Source: Polyangiales bacterium (GTDB lineage: Bacteria; Myxococcota_A; Polyangia; Polyangiales; Ga0077539). From it: DNA of 64,000 nt. Made by a program: the position numbers and the translations under genes. The stretch is from assembly GCA_044229975.1 (NCBI GenBank), contig JBGARZ010000004.1:128001-192000 (forward strand), written 5' to 3'. The notes beneath the pieces are model-generated. The model was not told where the DNA came from and did no database searches. It saw only the letters and a program-made list of their open reading frames with translations. How positions within the stretch are numbered: the first letter of the stretch is position 1; the number at the start of each line of letters is the position of its first letter. Shown here in pieces: positions 16,235 to 25,602 of the stretch.

Positions 16235-16690
16235 TCAGCCCGCGGTGGGGCGCCCGGCGTAGCGGCTCTGCGCGAGGGCGTACGCCTCGGCGAGCAAGGG
16301 CTTCACGGTCTCGAAGGTGGTCTCGCTCGGGTTGAGCACGCAGACCCAGCCCAGGTACGCGTAGACGGGGTGCGGCAGGAGCTGATCGAGCACCGCGAAG
16401 TCGTGCGTCGTCTCGATGAGTCCGTCGTCGCCGGGCCGCGGCGGCAGCGGCCCGAACAAGCGTTGATACGTGGCCTCGGTCACGCCGACGTTGAGCCGAT
16501 AGACCGACGGTCGATCGAGCGCGGAGACGTCGTCGTTGGGGTCGTCCTTCGACTTGAGCGTGGCGAAGTAGACGCTCGCGGCAGGGACGCCGTCGGGGTT
16601 GTACGCGAAGGACGTCGCGCCCTCCGTGGCGTTGACCTGGAGGCCCGTGAAGTTCGCGGCGAGGTGCTGCCTGATCGCGGCCTCATCCAT
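16235..16690 (-). CDS. DUF6194-like protein
   Basis: YFATLKSKD...DDVSALDRPSVYRLNVGV...LLPHPVYAYLGWVCVLNP. Confidence 0.75.
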   Translation of the reverse strand: MDEAAIRQHLAANFTGLQVNATEGATSFAYNPDGVPAASVYFATLKSKDDPNDDVSALDRPSVYRLNVGVTEATYQRLFGPLPPRPGDDGLIETTHDFAVLDQLLPHPVYAYLGWVCVLNPSETTFETVKPLLAEAYALAQSRYAGRPTAG

Positions 16691-18296
16691 GGCGGCGCCG
16701 TCGACGACCAAGCGTCACGAACAGCAATCCCGCAACCAGCAACGGCCCGGGTCCGCCGGTCGCGCCCGGTCGCGCGCTGCACTGCACCTCTCCGCGGAGC
16801 TCGGTGAGGCGCTCGCCCGGCGGTTCGCTCCCAGCATCGACGATCACCGGAGGCTGCTTGTCGTCAGGGCCCGCATCGCTCGGCGGCATCGCCGTGCCCG
16901 CGTCTCTCGGCGGCGTCACGGTGCCCGCGTCCCTCGCGACCACCCCTGCGTCGGGCGTCGTCATCACGCCCGCGTCGGGCGTGCTCGTCGGCGGAACCAC
17001 CCCGAGAAACCAAGGCCCCCGGTCGTTGCGTCCGTTGCGTCGAACGCCGCGGATGTCGTCGAGCGCGAGGTACGGCGCGACGGCGGTGTTGAGCCCCGAC
17101 GACGACGCGGGCCCGCCCATCGCGGGCATGAGCGCGACGATGATGGCGGCGCGATCGCCCAGCGTCGCCGGAACCCTCACCCCCGGATCAGCGACCATGT
17201 GCCCCGGCTGCGCCGCGAGGTTGATGAGGGGGGAGGAGGGGATGGACGAACCGTTGTTCCAGAAGAGGTTGTGCGAGGTGGTGAAGTTGTTGAGGCCGTG
17301 GTTGCTGCGGCGGAAGGTGGTGGGCATGCGACCGCGCAGGTCGACGAAGAGGTTGTTGACGATGGAGACGTCTTCGCTGCGCTCCAGCGGCCCGGAGCCC
17401 GCGCGAAACTCCACGTAGCCGCCGGAGTTGTTGACGAAGAGGTTGTTGGCGATGGCGACGTTGCTGCCGTCGTAGACGCCGATCGCTCCACCAACTCCGC
17501 CGATGACGACGTTGTTGCGAAACACCACGTCGATGGCCTCGAAGTCCTCGCCGTCGAGGAGCGACGAGTCCGTCACGGCGCCGAGGCCCACCATCGGGTC
17601 GACGGCGCCCGCGCGCTGGCCCGTGATGACGTTGCGCTCGAAGAGCACCGCCCGCGAGCCGCCCTTGGCGTACATCAGCGAGTTGCCGCCGTCGTGGATG
17701 TACGAGTCGCGCACCACGATGTCGTTGGTGTGCACGAAGTCGATGCACTCCTGCGACGGGTTTTCGCTGTCGTCGCGCGCGCCCGGAAACGCAAACTCCG
17801 ACCCCTCCAGGTAGATGCTGCGCGCCTGGTTGACCTTCACCACGTCGCCGTCCTGGCCCGCGTGGTGCGCGTAGACGTTGCGCAGCCAGATGTGGTGCGC
17901 GCCGCCGTCGATGTGGATGACGTTGTTGCCCGACTGCCGGATCTCCAACCCGTCGAACACCAGGTAGGCCGCGCCCTCGCCGATGCGCAGCGACTCCTCG
18001 GCCCCCTCGATGATGGCGCGCCGCGGGCCGTCGACGGACACCACCGTGATGGGCGCCGCGGCCGTGCCCTGGGCGCTGATCCAGCCGCCGCCGGGGTAGG
18101 TCCCGGCGCGCACGAGGATGCGGTCGCCGGGCCTCGCGCGGGAGAGCGCGGAGGTGATGCGGTCGAGCGGCGCGGCGCTGGTGCCGGCGTTGCCGCTGCG
18201 GCCGTTGGGGGCGACGTAGAGATCCGCTGCGGAGGCCGTCGCGGAGAGCGAGAGGGCGATGAGCAGCGCGCGAGAGAGAGGACGTCGGAGTCTCAC
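16683..18296 (-). CDS. Secreted right-handed beta-helix (pectin-lyase-like) protein with a MYXO-CTERM-like tail
   Basis: Signal peptide, YVAPNG...AAPL...PGDRILVRAGTY, Asn-ladder repeats, C-terminal CSARPG + TM + RRRRR. Confidence 0.8.
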   Translation of the reverse strand: MRLRRPLSRALLIALSLSATASAADLYVAPNGRSGNAGTSAAPLDRITSALSRARPGDRILVRAGTYPGGGWISAQGTAAAPITVVSVDGPRRAIIEGAEESLRIGEGAAYLVFDGLEIRQSGNNVIHIDGGAHHIWLRNVYAHHAGQDGDVVKVNQARSIYLEGSEFAFPGARDDSENPSQECIDFVHTNDIVVRDSYIHDGGNSLMYAKGGSRAVLFERNVITGQRAGAVDPMVGLGAVTDSSLLDGEDFEAIDVVFRNNVVIGGVGGAIGVYDGSNVAIANNLFVNNSGGYVEFRAGSGPLERSEDVSIVNNLFVDLRGRMPTTFRRSNHGLNNFTTSHNLFWNNGSSIPSSPLINLAAQPGHMVADPGVRVPATLGDRAAIIVALMPAMGGPASSSGLNTAVAPYLALDDIRGVRRNGRNDRGPWFLGVVPPTSTPDAGVMTTPDAGVVARDAGTVTPPRDAGTAMPPSDAGPDDKQPPVIVDAGSEPPGERLTELRGEVQCSARPGATGGPGPLLVAGLLFVTLGRRRRRHG

Positions 18297-18360
18297 TGGA
18301 GCCGACGGTTGTACGCCGCAAGAGGGAGAGTGCCAACGGCACCAGAGCGCCGAGACGGAA

Positions 18361-21114
18361 TCAGGGGAGCTGCACCGTGAACGACGTATGAAACACGTCG
18401 GTCGGGTCGACGCGGGCCTTCACCCGCTGGAGCGCGGCGTACGTCGCGGGCGAGTCGTAGTAGCGCGACCGCGTGTCGGCGTTGCGCATGTCGAGCTGCG
18501 CGCCGTCGGTGCCCTTGTCTTCGTAGGTTCCCCAGAACATCCGCCAGGTCTCGTCGCCCAGGTGCGCGTCCCACAGAGCACGCATCTCGTCCTGCAAGCC
18601 CTCCGCGACGTCGGCGTGGCCGGGTCGGTAGAACACGTCGAACACCACCTGCACCAGCGCGTCGCGGTGCTGCATCTGCGTGGTCTTCAGCACGGCGTTG
18701 TCCTGAAAGCTCCCGCCCCCGATGACTCCCTGGAACACCACCTTCACGTCCCGCGTGCGGTTGGCGCGGTCGACCAGGTCGACGAAGCCCTCGCAGAACG
18801 CAGCGGGCAGCGGGTCGCGCGTCACGTAGAGCGACTTCTTGTACGGCAGCCCGAACTCACGACCGCCGGGCATCCCCCCGAGCGAGCCCGTCGATCGAAC
18901 GCCCTTGTGCACGATGCTCGAGAGGTTCATCGCACCGTTCGCGTCCCCGTGGGCGAGGTCGATCACCTTGCCGGCGATCTTGTCGATCCACGAGACGTTG
19001 CTCTCGACGGCCTTCACGACGGCCACGATCTCGGGCTCGTGGACGGTCGAGAGCGCCGTCGTCTCCACCAGCAGAACCGCCGGGCGCACGTTGGCATCGG
19101 GCAGCAGCTCGAAGTCGCTGGAGATGACCGAGAGGAAGTAGTCCACGCCTCCTGGCAGCGAGCCCGCGTGCTCCCGCTCGGACCACACCCGCATCTGGTC
19201 GAAGGCCGCCGCCCACCCGGCGCGGTTGTACGGATACGTCCGGGTGTACCCGCGGGTCGGAGGGTTCTGCGGGTTGGCGTCGGCGACGGTCTTGAAGGTG
19301 ATCTCGGTCAAGACGCCCCAGCTCCCGGGGCCGCCGCCGAGCACCGCCGCGAAGACCTCGTCCCCGGGCTGCGGGTTGTTGGGGTCGGGTCGATCGAAGA
19401 CGCGCTCGGCCCATCCGCCGTTGGCGTCCCATCCGACCATCTTGAACGACCTCACCCAGTCCAGCGTCGCGCCGAGGCTGCGAAGCTGGTGCCCGACGCC
19501 GCCGGTCTGCACGTGCCCGCCGAGGTTCACGAGGGGGCACTCCCCGTGGGGGATCGAGAGGTTCAGCTCGACCAGCTTCTTCGAGAGCACCTGAAGCTCC
19601 ACGCCCGGGCCGACCGTGACCCGCGTGCGATCGGCCGAGGGAGCGACGGTGTTGAATCCCCCGACGTCGATCAGGAGGGTGTCCGCACCACCCGACGAGA
19701 GCCCGCAGTACTGGTGTCCACCCGAGCGCGCGACCACCTTGAGGCCCCGCTCGGCGGCCCACCGGACGGCGGTCACGACGTCGGCCGAGTGATGGGGCAC
19801 CGCCACGAGGAGCGGCCGCATGCGCCGGGCGATGGTCGCCGCGTCGAGGGACGACACGGCGTACTGCTTCCCGGTGGCGTCCTTGTATGGGTTGTCGTCG
19901 ACCGCGAGCTCGAAGACCTCCCCGCCGAAGCCCGGAATGGGCCCGCCGATGTTCGTCGGGGCGAGCAGCGACGCCGCGGGAGCGACCGCGGCCAGCGCCG
20001 CGACGACCGGAGGCTGCGCGGGCGCGGCGACCGGGGCGGCGACCTCCGACACGAAGGTGCGTCGGAGCGCGGTGTCCATCAGCAGGTTGACCCAGGCGCC
20101 CGCCCTGATCAGCGCGTCGGCCTCGGTGAGGAAGGTCGCCTCGTTGCCCGGCGACCACGCATGGTCATTGGACACGATCGTGTTGACCTCGTCCTCGCGC
20201 GCTGTCCCTGGCCCGGTGCCGACCCAGGCCGCGAGCGCGGCGCCGGCGCCCTCGATGTGCTCCGACCACAGCACCAGGCACTGCGTCTTCTTGAGCGCCT
20301 CCTCGACGAAGAAGCGCGTCTGCTCGCTCAGGTCGCGCTCCAGGCCCGTGGCGCGAACCAGCACCACCCGCGCGCCGAACGCGCCGGACGAAGCTCGCAG
20401 CCCGAGGTCGACCCCAGCGGGCACCGCGCCGCCGAAGAGCTCGTCGCAGAGCGGCCCGAAGGTCGTCGCCGCGTACGGGATCATCCACGCGCGGATCCAG
20501 CGGTTCTTGCCCGCGGATCGCCAGAGCGACGCGTCGATCACGAGGCGGGTGACGATGCCTTCGCCGCTCGCCTGAAGCGCCCGCCAGTCGTCTCCGTTGA
20601 GCGTCTGCACCTCGCTCGCCTGATCGCCGCCGGTGCGGATGACGTCCGCCTCGATGACGCCGTCTCGCAGCAGCGTGGGGCCGCCGCTGCGTGGGAAGGG
20701 GGAGCGTCGCTGCGGACCGACCGCGCTCACGATGCTCATCGTCGGCTGGTCGGGCAGCGGCAGAAACAGCGCCCGGTTGCGCAGCGCGGTCGCCACGTCG
20801 CCGACGGTGGCGGCGGGTCCGACGGTGACGCGTTCGAGGTCGACCTTCACGCCCGCGAGCGTCTCCAGGCTGATGACCGCCGCGTTGGGCTCGGGCTCGA
20901 TGTCCTTGGCGGCGACGCGACCGCCGCTGCGAAAGAACACCCTGGCCCCGGCTGCCTTCGCGAGGGTCACCGCGCGCTGGACGTCCGCGATCGTCTCGGG
21001 GATCAACACGGGAGGCAGCCCGACAAACTGCGTATGGGCCGCGTGTATCTGGGCGATGCGCCCGGCAAACCGTCCGCGCATGGCCAGCAACTTGGTGATC
21101 GATAGTGTCGCCAT
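18361..21114 (-). CDS. FAD-linked oxidase (VAO/BBE family) with a duplicated N-terminal FAD-binding domain
   Basis: Second module has RSGGHQYCG, IPHGECPLVNLGGHVQTGG, GGGPGSWGV and a BBE-like tail LQRVKARVDPTDVF. First module has PETIADVQRAV...RSGGR. GAGGAG RBS before the ATG at 21114. Confidence 0.82.
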   Translation of the reverse strand: MATLSITKLLAMRGRFAGRIAQIHAAHTQFVGLPPVLIPETIADVQRAVTLAKAAGARVFFRSGGRVAAKDIEPEPNAAVISLETLAGVKVDLERVTVGPAATVGDVATALRNRALFLPLPDQPTMSIVSAVGPQRRSPFPRSGGPTLLRDGVIEADVIRTGGDQASEVQTLNGDDWRALQASGEGIVTRLVIDASLWRSAGKNRWIRAWMIPYAATTFGPLCDELFGGAVPAGVDLGLRASSGAFGARVVLVRATGLERDLSEQTRFFVEEALKKTQCLVLWSEHIEGAGAALAAWVGTGPGTAREDEVNTIVSNDHAWSPGNEATFLTEADALIRAGAWVNLLMDTALRRTFVSEVAAPVAAPAQPPVVAALAAVAPAASLLAPTNIGGPIPGFGGEVFELAVDDNPYKDATGKQYAVSSLDAATIARRMRPLLVAVPHHSADVVTAVRWAAERGLKVVARSGGHQYCGLSSGGADTLLIDVGGFNTVAPSADRTRVTVGPGVELQVLSKKLVELNLSIPHGECPLVNLGGHVQTGGVGHQLRSLGATLDWVRSFKMVGWDANGGWAERVFDRPDPNNPQPGDEVFAAVLGGGPGSWGVLTEITFKTVADANPQNPPTRGYTRTYPYNRAGWAAAFDQMRVWSEREHAGSLPGGVDYFLSVISSDFELLPDANVRPAVLLVETTALSTVHEPEIVAVVKAVESNVSWIDKIAGKVIDLAHGDANGAMNLSSIVHKGVRSTGSLGGMPGGREFGLPYKKSLYVTRDPLPAAFCEGFVDLVDRANRTRDVKVVFQGVIGGGSFQDNAVLKTTQMQHRDALVQVVFDVFYRPGHADVAEGLQDEMRALWDAHLGDETWRMFWGTYEDKGTDGAQLDMRNADTRSRYYDSPATYAALQRVKARVDPTDVFHTSFTVQLP

Positions 21115-21229
21115 TGGTTCCTCCGTCGGGTTGTTACGGGGGGCAATGCCGGCACCCAGCCGGGTCCCCCAACCGAGGAGACTACCGACTTCAGCGATGT
21201 GTCGACAGCCCTTCAGGGCATCGACGTCG

Positions 21230-22102
21230 TCACGGCGCGGGCGCGAGCACCCGCTGCACCGCGTGCCCCGTGTACGTCGACGGCACCGCGATGCCGAGCG
21301 CCGCGAGGGCCGTCGCCGCCGTGTCGACCGTGCGCACCGGGTCGGCAAAATCACCGCGCGTGACCTGTACCCCCCAGGCCACCCAGGGGATGTGCAGGTC
21401 TTCGGGCGCGTGCGTGCCGTGTTGGCGTCCGTGGCCGCCGTGGTCGGCCGTCGCGATCACCAGGAAGCGTCCGTGGTCCGCCCTCGCTTCGATGGCGTTC
21501 ATCACGGTGGTGAGGCACCGGTCGCTGCGGGCGATGGCCTGGAGGTAGCGCGCGCGCATCCATCCGTAGCGGTGCCCCGAGTCGTCGGGCTCCGCGAAGT
21601 GGATGAACGTGATCCCCGGCGTCGACGTCGCCAGGTACTCCGCCGCCGCCGCCGCGACGCGCTCGCACGACCAGTGCGGCAGCGACCAGCGATCGACGCT
21701 GCCCGGCGTGGCCATGTGCCGGAGCTTCGTCTTCGCCACGAACATCGCCGTCGAGAAGCCCAGGTCGTGCGCCGTGTAGAGCGCCGTCGGCACCCGGATG
21801 AACCCGCGCTCGGGGCGGAAGTCGTCGAAGTTCATCCCGTGGGTTCGCACCTCGACGCCCGACAGCATCGAGCTGTGCGAAGGCAGCGTCGACGAGTCAC
21901 CCACCGTCTGCGCGTTGACGGCCGCGGCGCCTTCGGTGCGAAGCCGGTGCAGCGTCGGAGCGTCGGCGAGCGCCATGCCGTCGGGGCGCATGCCGTCGAA
22001 GCTGACCACGACGACGTGATCGTAGGGGCGCGTGGGCGCGGTCTGCGTCGCCGCCGCGGTGGGGAAGAGCGCGAGCGCGATGGCGAGGACGGATCGCTTC
22101 AC
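21230..22102 (-). CDS. Alkaline phosphatase superfamily (nucleotide pyrophosphatase/phosphodiesterase) protein
   Basis: Signal peptide, VVSFDGMRPD, STLPSHSSMLSG, PDDSGHRYG, TADHGGH. Confidence 0.88.
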   Translation of the reverse strand: MKRSVLAIALALFPTAAATQTAPTRPYDHVVVVSFDGMRPDGMALADAPTLHRLRTEGAAAVNAQTVGDSSTLPSHSSMLSGVEVRTHGMNFDDFRPERGFIRVPTALYTAHDLGFSTAMFVAKTKLRHMATPGSVDRWSLPHWSCERVAAAAAEYLATSTPGITFIHFAEPDDSGHRYGWMRARYLQAIARSDRCLTTVMNAIEARADHGRFLVIATADHGGHGRQHGTHAPEDLHIPWVAWGVQVTRGDFADPVRTVDTAATALAALGIAVPSTYTGHAVQRVLAPAP

Positions 22103-22485
22103 GGTGAGGGCGGCGCGTCGAGGGGCGGCGGCAGCGGGGCGACGCCGGTGCGGAAGAAGGCCGCGGCGAGGACCCACGGCGAGGCGCAGCCGACCATCCA
22201 CGCGACGGTGTGCGACGTCGCGCAGCCCGGGGCGACGAGGGCGAGGGAGACCGTCGTCTGCATGGCGGCGGCGAGCAGGCACGACAGGGCCCACATGAAG
22301 CCGTGACCCGCGGCGGCGACGCGGTCGCGGGTGCGCCACGCGGTGGCCACGGCGAGGAGGGCGGCGAGGCCGAGGAGCACGGCGATCTGCTCGGCGCGCG
22401 GGGTGTCGATGCACGCGAGGTCGGGCGCTTCGAGCACGGGCGTCGGGACGATCTGCCAGCGAAGAACCACCACAGCGCGGCGCAC
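22099..22485 (-). CDS. Small hypothetical membrane protein (start uncertain)
   Basis: Three hydrophobic segments at the end of ORF 22099..25446; GTGA overlap with the phosphodiesterase start. Confidence 0.5.
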   Translation of the reverse strand: MRRAVVVLRWQIVPTPVLEAPDLACIDTPRAEQIAVLLGLAALLAVATAWRTRDRVAAAGHGFMWALSCLLAAAMQTTVSLALVAPGCATSHTVAWMVGCASPWVLAAAFFRTGVAPLPPPLDAPPSP

Positions 22486-22569
22486 GCTATCACACGCCGT
22501 ATCGGTCGCGGCATTGGGGTGAGGAGGGGGTGCCGCCACCCCGCGGTTGTGTGCGATCTTCGGCGAGCG

Positions 22570-25500
22570 ATGAGCGGTCGATGGAGCTTCGGGCTGGTGG
22601 CGTTGGCGGTGTCGGTGGGCTGCGCGGCGGGCGGCAGCGAGGACGCGGGTGCGGTCGACCCGGACGTCGGCGTCGAGGAGGACACCGGCGAGGTCGACAA
22701 GGACACCGGCGAGCCCGAGGACGTGGTGCTCCCGAGCTTCGACATCCCGGTCGACCGCGGCAACCCATCGGATGTCGTCGCCTCTCCCGACGTGCCGACG
22801 GTGATGGACGTGGCGACCGACGTTCGCGTCGACGCGGGCACCGTCGAAGCGGGGGGGCCGCACGACGTGGGCTGCACCGCCATTTGCAACGGGAGCTGTG
22901 CCAACACCGCGGTCGACCCGCTCAACTGCGGCGCGTGCGGGCGGGACTGCACGGCGTTTCCCGGGGTCAACCCGGCGGGGGTGACCTGCGTGCGCGGTGC
23001 GTGCGTGTTCGGGACGGCGGGCTGCGTCGCGGGGCGCGGCGACTGCGACGGCAACCCGACCAACGGCTGCGAGGCGCTGCTCAACACGACCACCCGCTGC
23101 GGGAGCTGCGTGGCGGCTTGCAGCGGGTCGACGCCCCTCTGCGCGATGGTGCCGACGGCGCCTTCCGGGTACGCGTGTACGAGCGGCTGCACGGCGCCGG
23201 CGTCGTCGCGCTGCGGGTCGACCTGCGTCGACCTCACGAGCAGCCCACTGAACTGCGGCGCGTGCGGCACCGTCTGCCCCGCGGGCACAGGCGGCACGGC
23301 GGCGTGCGTGGGCGGCGCGTGTCGCTTGAACTGCACCGCGGGCCGCGGTGACTGCGACGGCGCCGCGGCCAACGGCTGCGAGGTGCAGCTGACGACGTCG
23401 GCGCTGCACTGCGGCGCGTGCGGCAACGTGTGCAGCGGCGGCGCCAACGCGACGGCGGCGTGCAGCGCGGGGGCGTGCTCGCTCACGTGCGCGGCGGGCT
23501 TCGGCAACTGCGACGGGATGCTGGCCAACGGGTGCGAGACCGACACCCGCACGACGCTCACGAGCTGCGGCGCGTGCGGGGCCATGTGCCCGGCGCGGGC
23601 CAACGCGACGGCCACCTGCGCGGCGGGCGCGTGCGGCATCGCGTGCTCGCCCAACTTCGGCAACTGCGACCTCCTGCCGGCCAACGGGTGCGAGGTCGAC
23701 CTGCGGACCAACGCGACGAGCTGCGGGATGTGCGGTCGGCGGTGCGCGATCCAGGCCAACGCGGCGGCGACGTGCACCGACGGGGTGTGCGGCATCTCGT
23801 GCAGCGCAGGCTTCGGCGACTGCGACGGCATCGGCACCAACGGCTGCGAGGCGCCCTTCGCGATGGACGCGAGCAACTGCGGCGCGTGCGGGACGCGCTG
23901 CCCGGGCGGGGACAACGCGACGCCGACGTGCGCGGCCTCGCGCTGCGGGCTGACGTGCGCGACGGGCTTCGGCGACTGCGACGCGACGGCGGCCAACGGG
24001 TGCGAGACGGCGACGACGACGAGCATGGCGCACTGCGGGGCGTGTGGCCGGGCGTGCAACGCGCCGCCCAACTCCACCGCGGCGTGCGTGGCGAGCGTGT
24101 GCGTGGTGACCTGCGAGGCGGGCTACACGCTGAGCGCGGGGACGTGCGTGCGGACGCCGCCGCGGCCGGTGTCGCCGGCGGGGTTCAGCTTCGCGACGTC
24201 GACGACGCCGACGTTTCGGGTGGCGCTGCCGCCGGGGCAGACCGGGGCCTTCGTGGAGGTGTGCCGCGACCGCAACTGCACGAGCGTGGCGACCACGATG
24301 ACCTTCACCGGCTCGTCGGGAACACTGACGACCCCGCTGCTGACGACGCCGACGGGGATGTACTTCTGGCGCGCGAGCGGCCGGGTCGGGAGCACGACGG
24401 CGACGACGGCGGGGACGCCGACGGTGTTCTACGTGGCGGCGGCGCGGCGGCCGGGGATCAACGCGGCGTGGGGCTCGGTGCTCGACGCCAACGCCGACGG
24501 ATCGCCGGAGATGCTGGTGGGCGCGCCCGGCACCAACCAGGTGAGCTTGTACCCCGGGACGGCCACCGGCTTCGCTGCCGTGACGCTGCGGTCGGGGGGG
24601 ACGGGCTACGGCACCTCGGTGGCGGCGCTCGGCGACATCGACGGTGACGGGTACGCCGACGCAGCCGTGGGCGAGCCCGGAACCAACCGGGTGTACGTCT
24701 ATCGCGGCGCCTCGACGGGGCTCTCGACGGCGTCGACGGTGCTGCCCGCCCCCTCGACGGTGATGGGCTTTGGCGCGGCGGTGGCGGGCGCTGGTGACGT
24801 CAACGGCGACGGCTTCAGCGACCTGCTGGTGGGCGCGCCGACGTCCAACCGCACGTACCTGTACTTCGGGAGCGCGACGGGCATCCCGGCGACTTCGGTG
24901 GGGACGTTGGTGACGCCGACGGGTTCGCCGTCGAACTACGGCGCGTCGGCGGCGGGCATCGGCGACATCAACGCCGACGGCTTCGCCGACGTGGCCGTGG
25001 GGACCAACGGGGCCAACAACGTCTACGTCTTCCTCGGGTCGGCGACGGGTCTCGGGACGTCGACGCTGGTGAACGCGGGCGCGTCGGGCTTCGGCTTCGC
25101 GGTGGCGGCGGCGGGTGATGTGACCAACGACGGCTACCCCGACATGATCGTCGGGGCGTACAGCGCGCAGGTGGCCTACGTGTTTGCGGGCGGCGCGTCG
25201 GGCATCACGACGACGCCCGCGGCGACGCTGGCGGTGGCGGCGAACGGGGTGCTGTTCGGCTGGTCGGTGGACGGCCTCGGGGACGTCAACGGCGACACCT
25301 TCAGCGACGTGCTGGTGGGGGCGCCGGGCTCCGAGCGGGCGTACCTCTTCCAGGGAGGTCCGGCGGGCATCGTGGCGATTCCGACGCAGACCTATCAGCC
25401 GACGGCGGGCAGCACCGCGACGCTGCTGGGTCGCGCCGTCGCACACCTGGGCGACGTCAACCGCGACGGCGTGTACGACTTCGCGGTGGGTCAGCCGGGG

Positions 25501-25602
25501 CGCTACACGGTGCAGACCTTCCGCGGGGCGGCGACGCCGGTGCTGTGGCAGACGTTCTCCTCGGGGACCACGTCGCAGTTCGGAAGCGCCTTCGCGCGAT
25601 AG
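22570..25602 (+). CDS. Large lipoprotein with Cys-rich repeats and an FG-GAP (integrin-alpha-like) beta-propeller
   Basis: Lipobox VSVGC, repeated NCGACG / GDCDG..NGCE units, six GDxNGDG..D..VGAP-type repeats. Confidence 0.88.
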   Translation: MSGRWSFGLVALAVSVGCAAGGSEDAGAVDPDVGVEEDTGEVDKDTGEPEDVVLPSFDIPVDRGNPSDVVASPDVPTVMDVATDVRVDAGTVEAGGPHDVGCTAICNGSCANTAVDPLNCGACGRDCTAFPGVNPAGVTCVRGACVFGTAGCVAGRGDCDGNPTNGCEALLNTTTRCGSCVAACSGSTPLCAMVPTAPSGYACTSGCTAPASSRCGSTCVDLTSSPLNCGACGTVCPAGTGGTAACVGGACRLNCTAGRGDCDGAAANGCEVQLTTSALHCGACGNVCSGGANATAACSAGACSLTCAAGFGNCDGMLANGCETDTRTTLTSCGACGAMCPARANATATCAAGACGIACSPNFGNCDLLPANGCEVDLRTNATSCGMCGRRCAIQANAAATCTDGVCGISCSAGFGDCDGIGTNGCEAPFAMDASNCGACGTRCPGGDNATPTCAASRCGLTCATGFGDCDATAANGCETATTTSMAHCGACGRACNAPPNSTAACVASVCVVTCEAGYTLSAGTCVRTPPRPVSPAGFSFATSTTPTFRVALPPGQTGAFVEVCRDRNCTSVATTMTFTGSSGTLTTPLLTTPTGMYFWRASGRVGSTTATTAGTPTVFYVAAARRPGINAAWGSVLDANADGSPEMLVGAPGTNQVSLYPGTATGFAAVTLRSGGTGYGTSVAALGDIDGDGYADAAVGEPGTNRVYVYRGASTGLSTASTVLPAPSTVMGFGAAVAGAGDVNGDGFSDLLVGAPTSNRTYLYFGSATGIPATSVGTLVTPTGSPSNYGASAAGIGDINADGFADVAVGTNGANNVYVFLGSATGLGTSTLVNAGASGFGFAVAAAGDVTNDGYPDMIVGAYSAQVAYVFAGGASGITTTPAATLAVAANGVLFGWSVDGLGDVNGDTFSDVLVGAPGSERAYLFQGGPAGIVAIPTQTYQPTAGSTATLLGRAVAHLGDVNRDGVYDFAVGQPGRYTVQTFRGAATPVLWQTFSSGTTSQFGSAFAR

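Noticed and set aside
18259..21105. Long antisense or alternative-frame ORFs (also 22099..25446, 31303..33828, 48160..51096 and similar)
   Set aside because: Arg/Gly/Pro-rich shadow ORFs are expected from stop-codon scarcity at high GC; they overlap well-supported genes and have no motifs.
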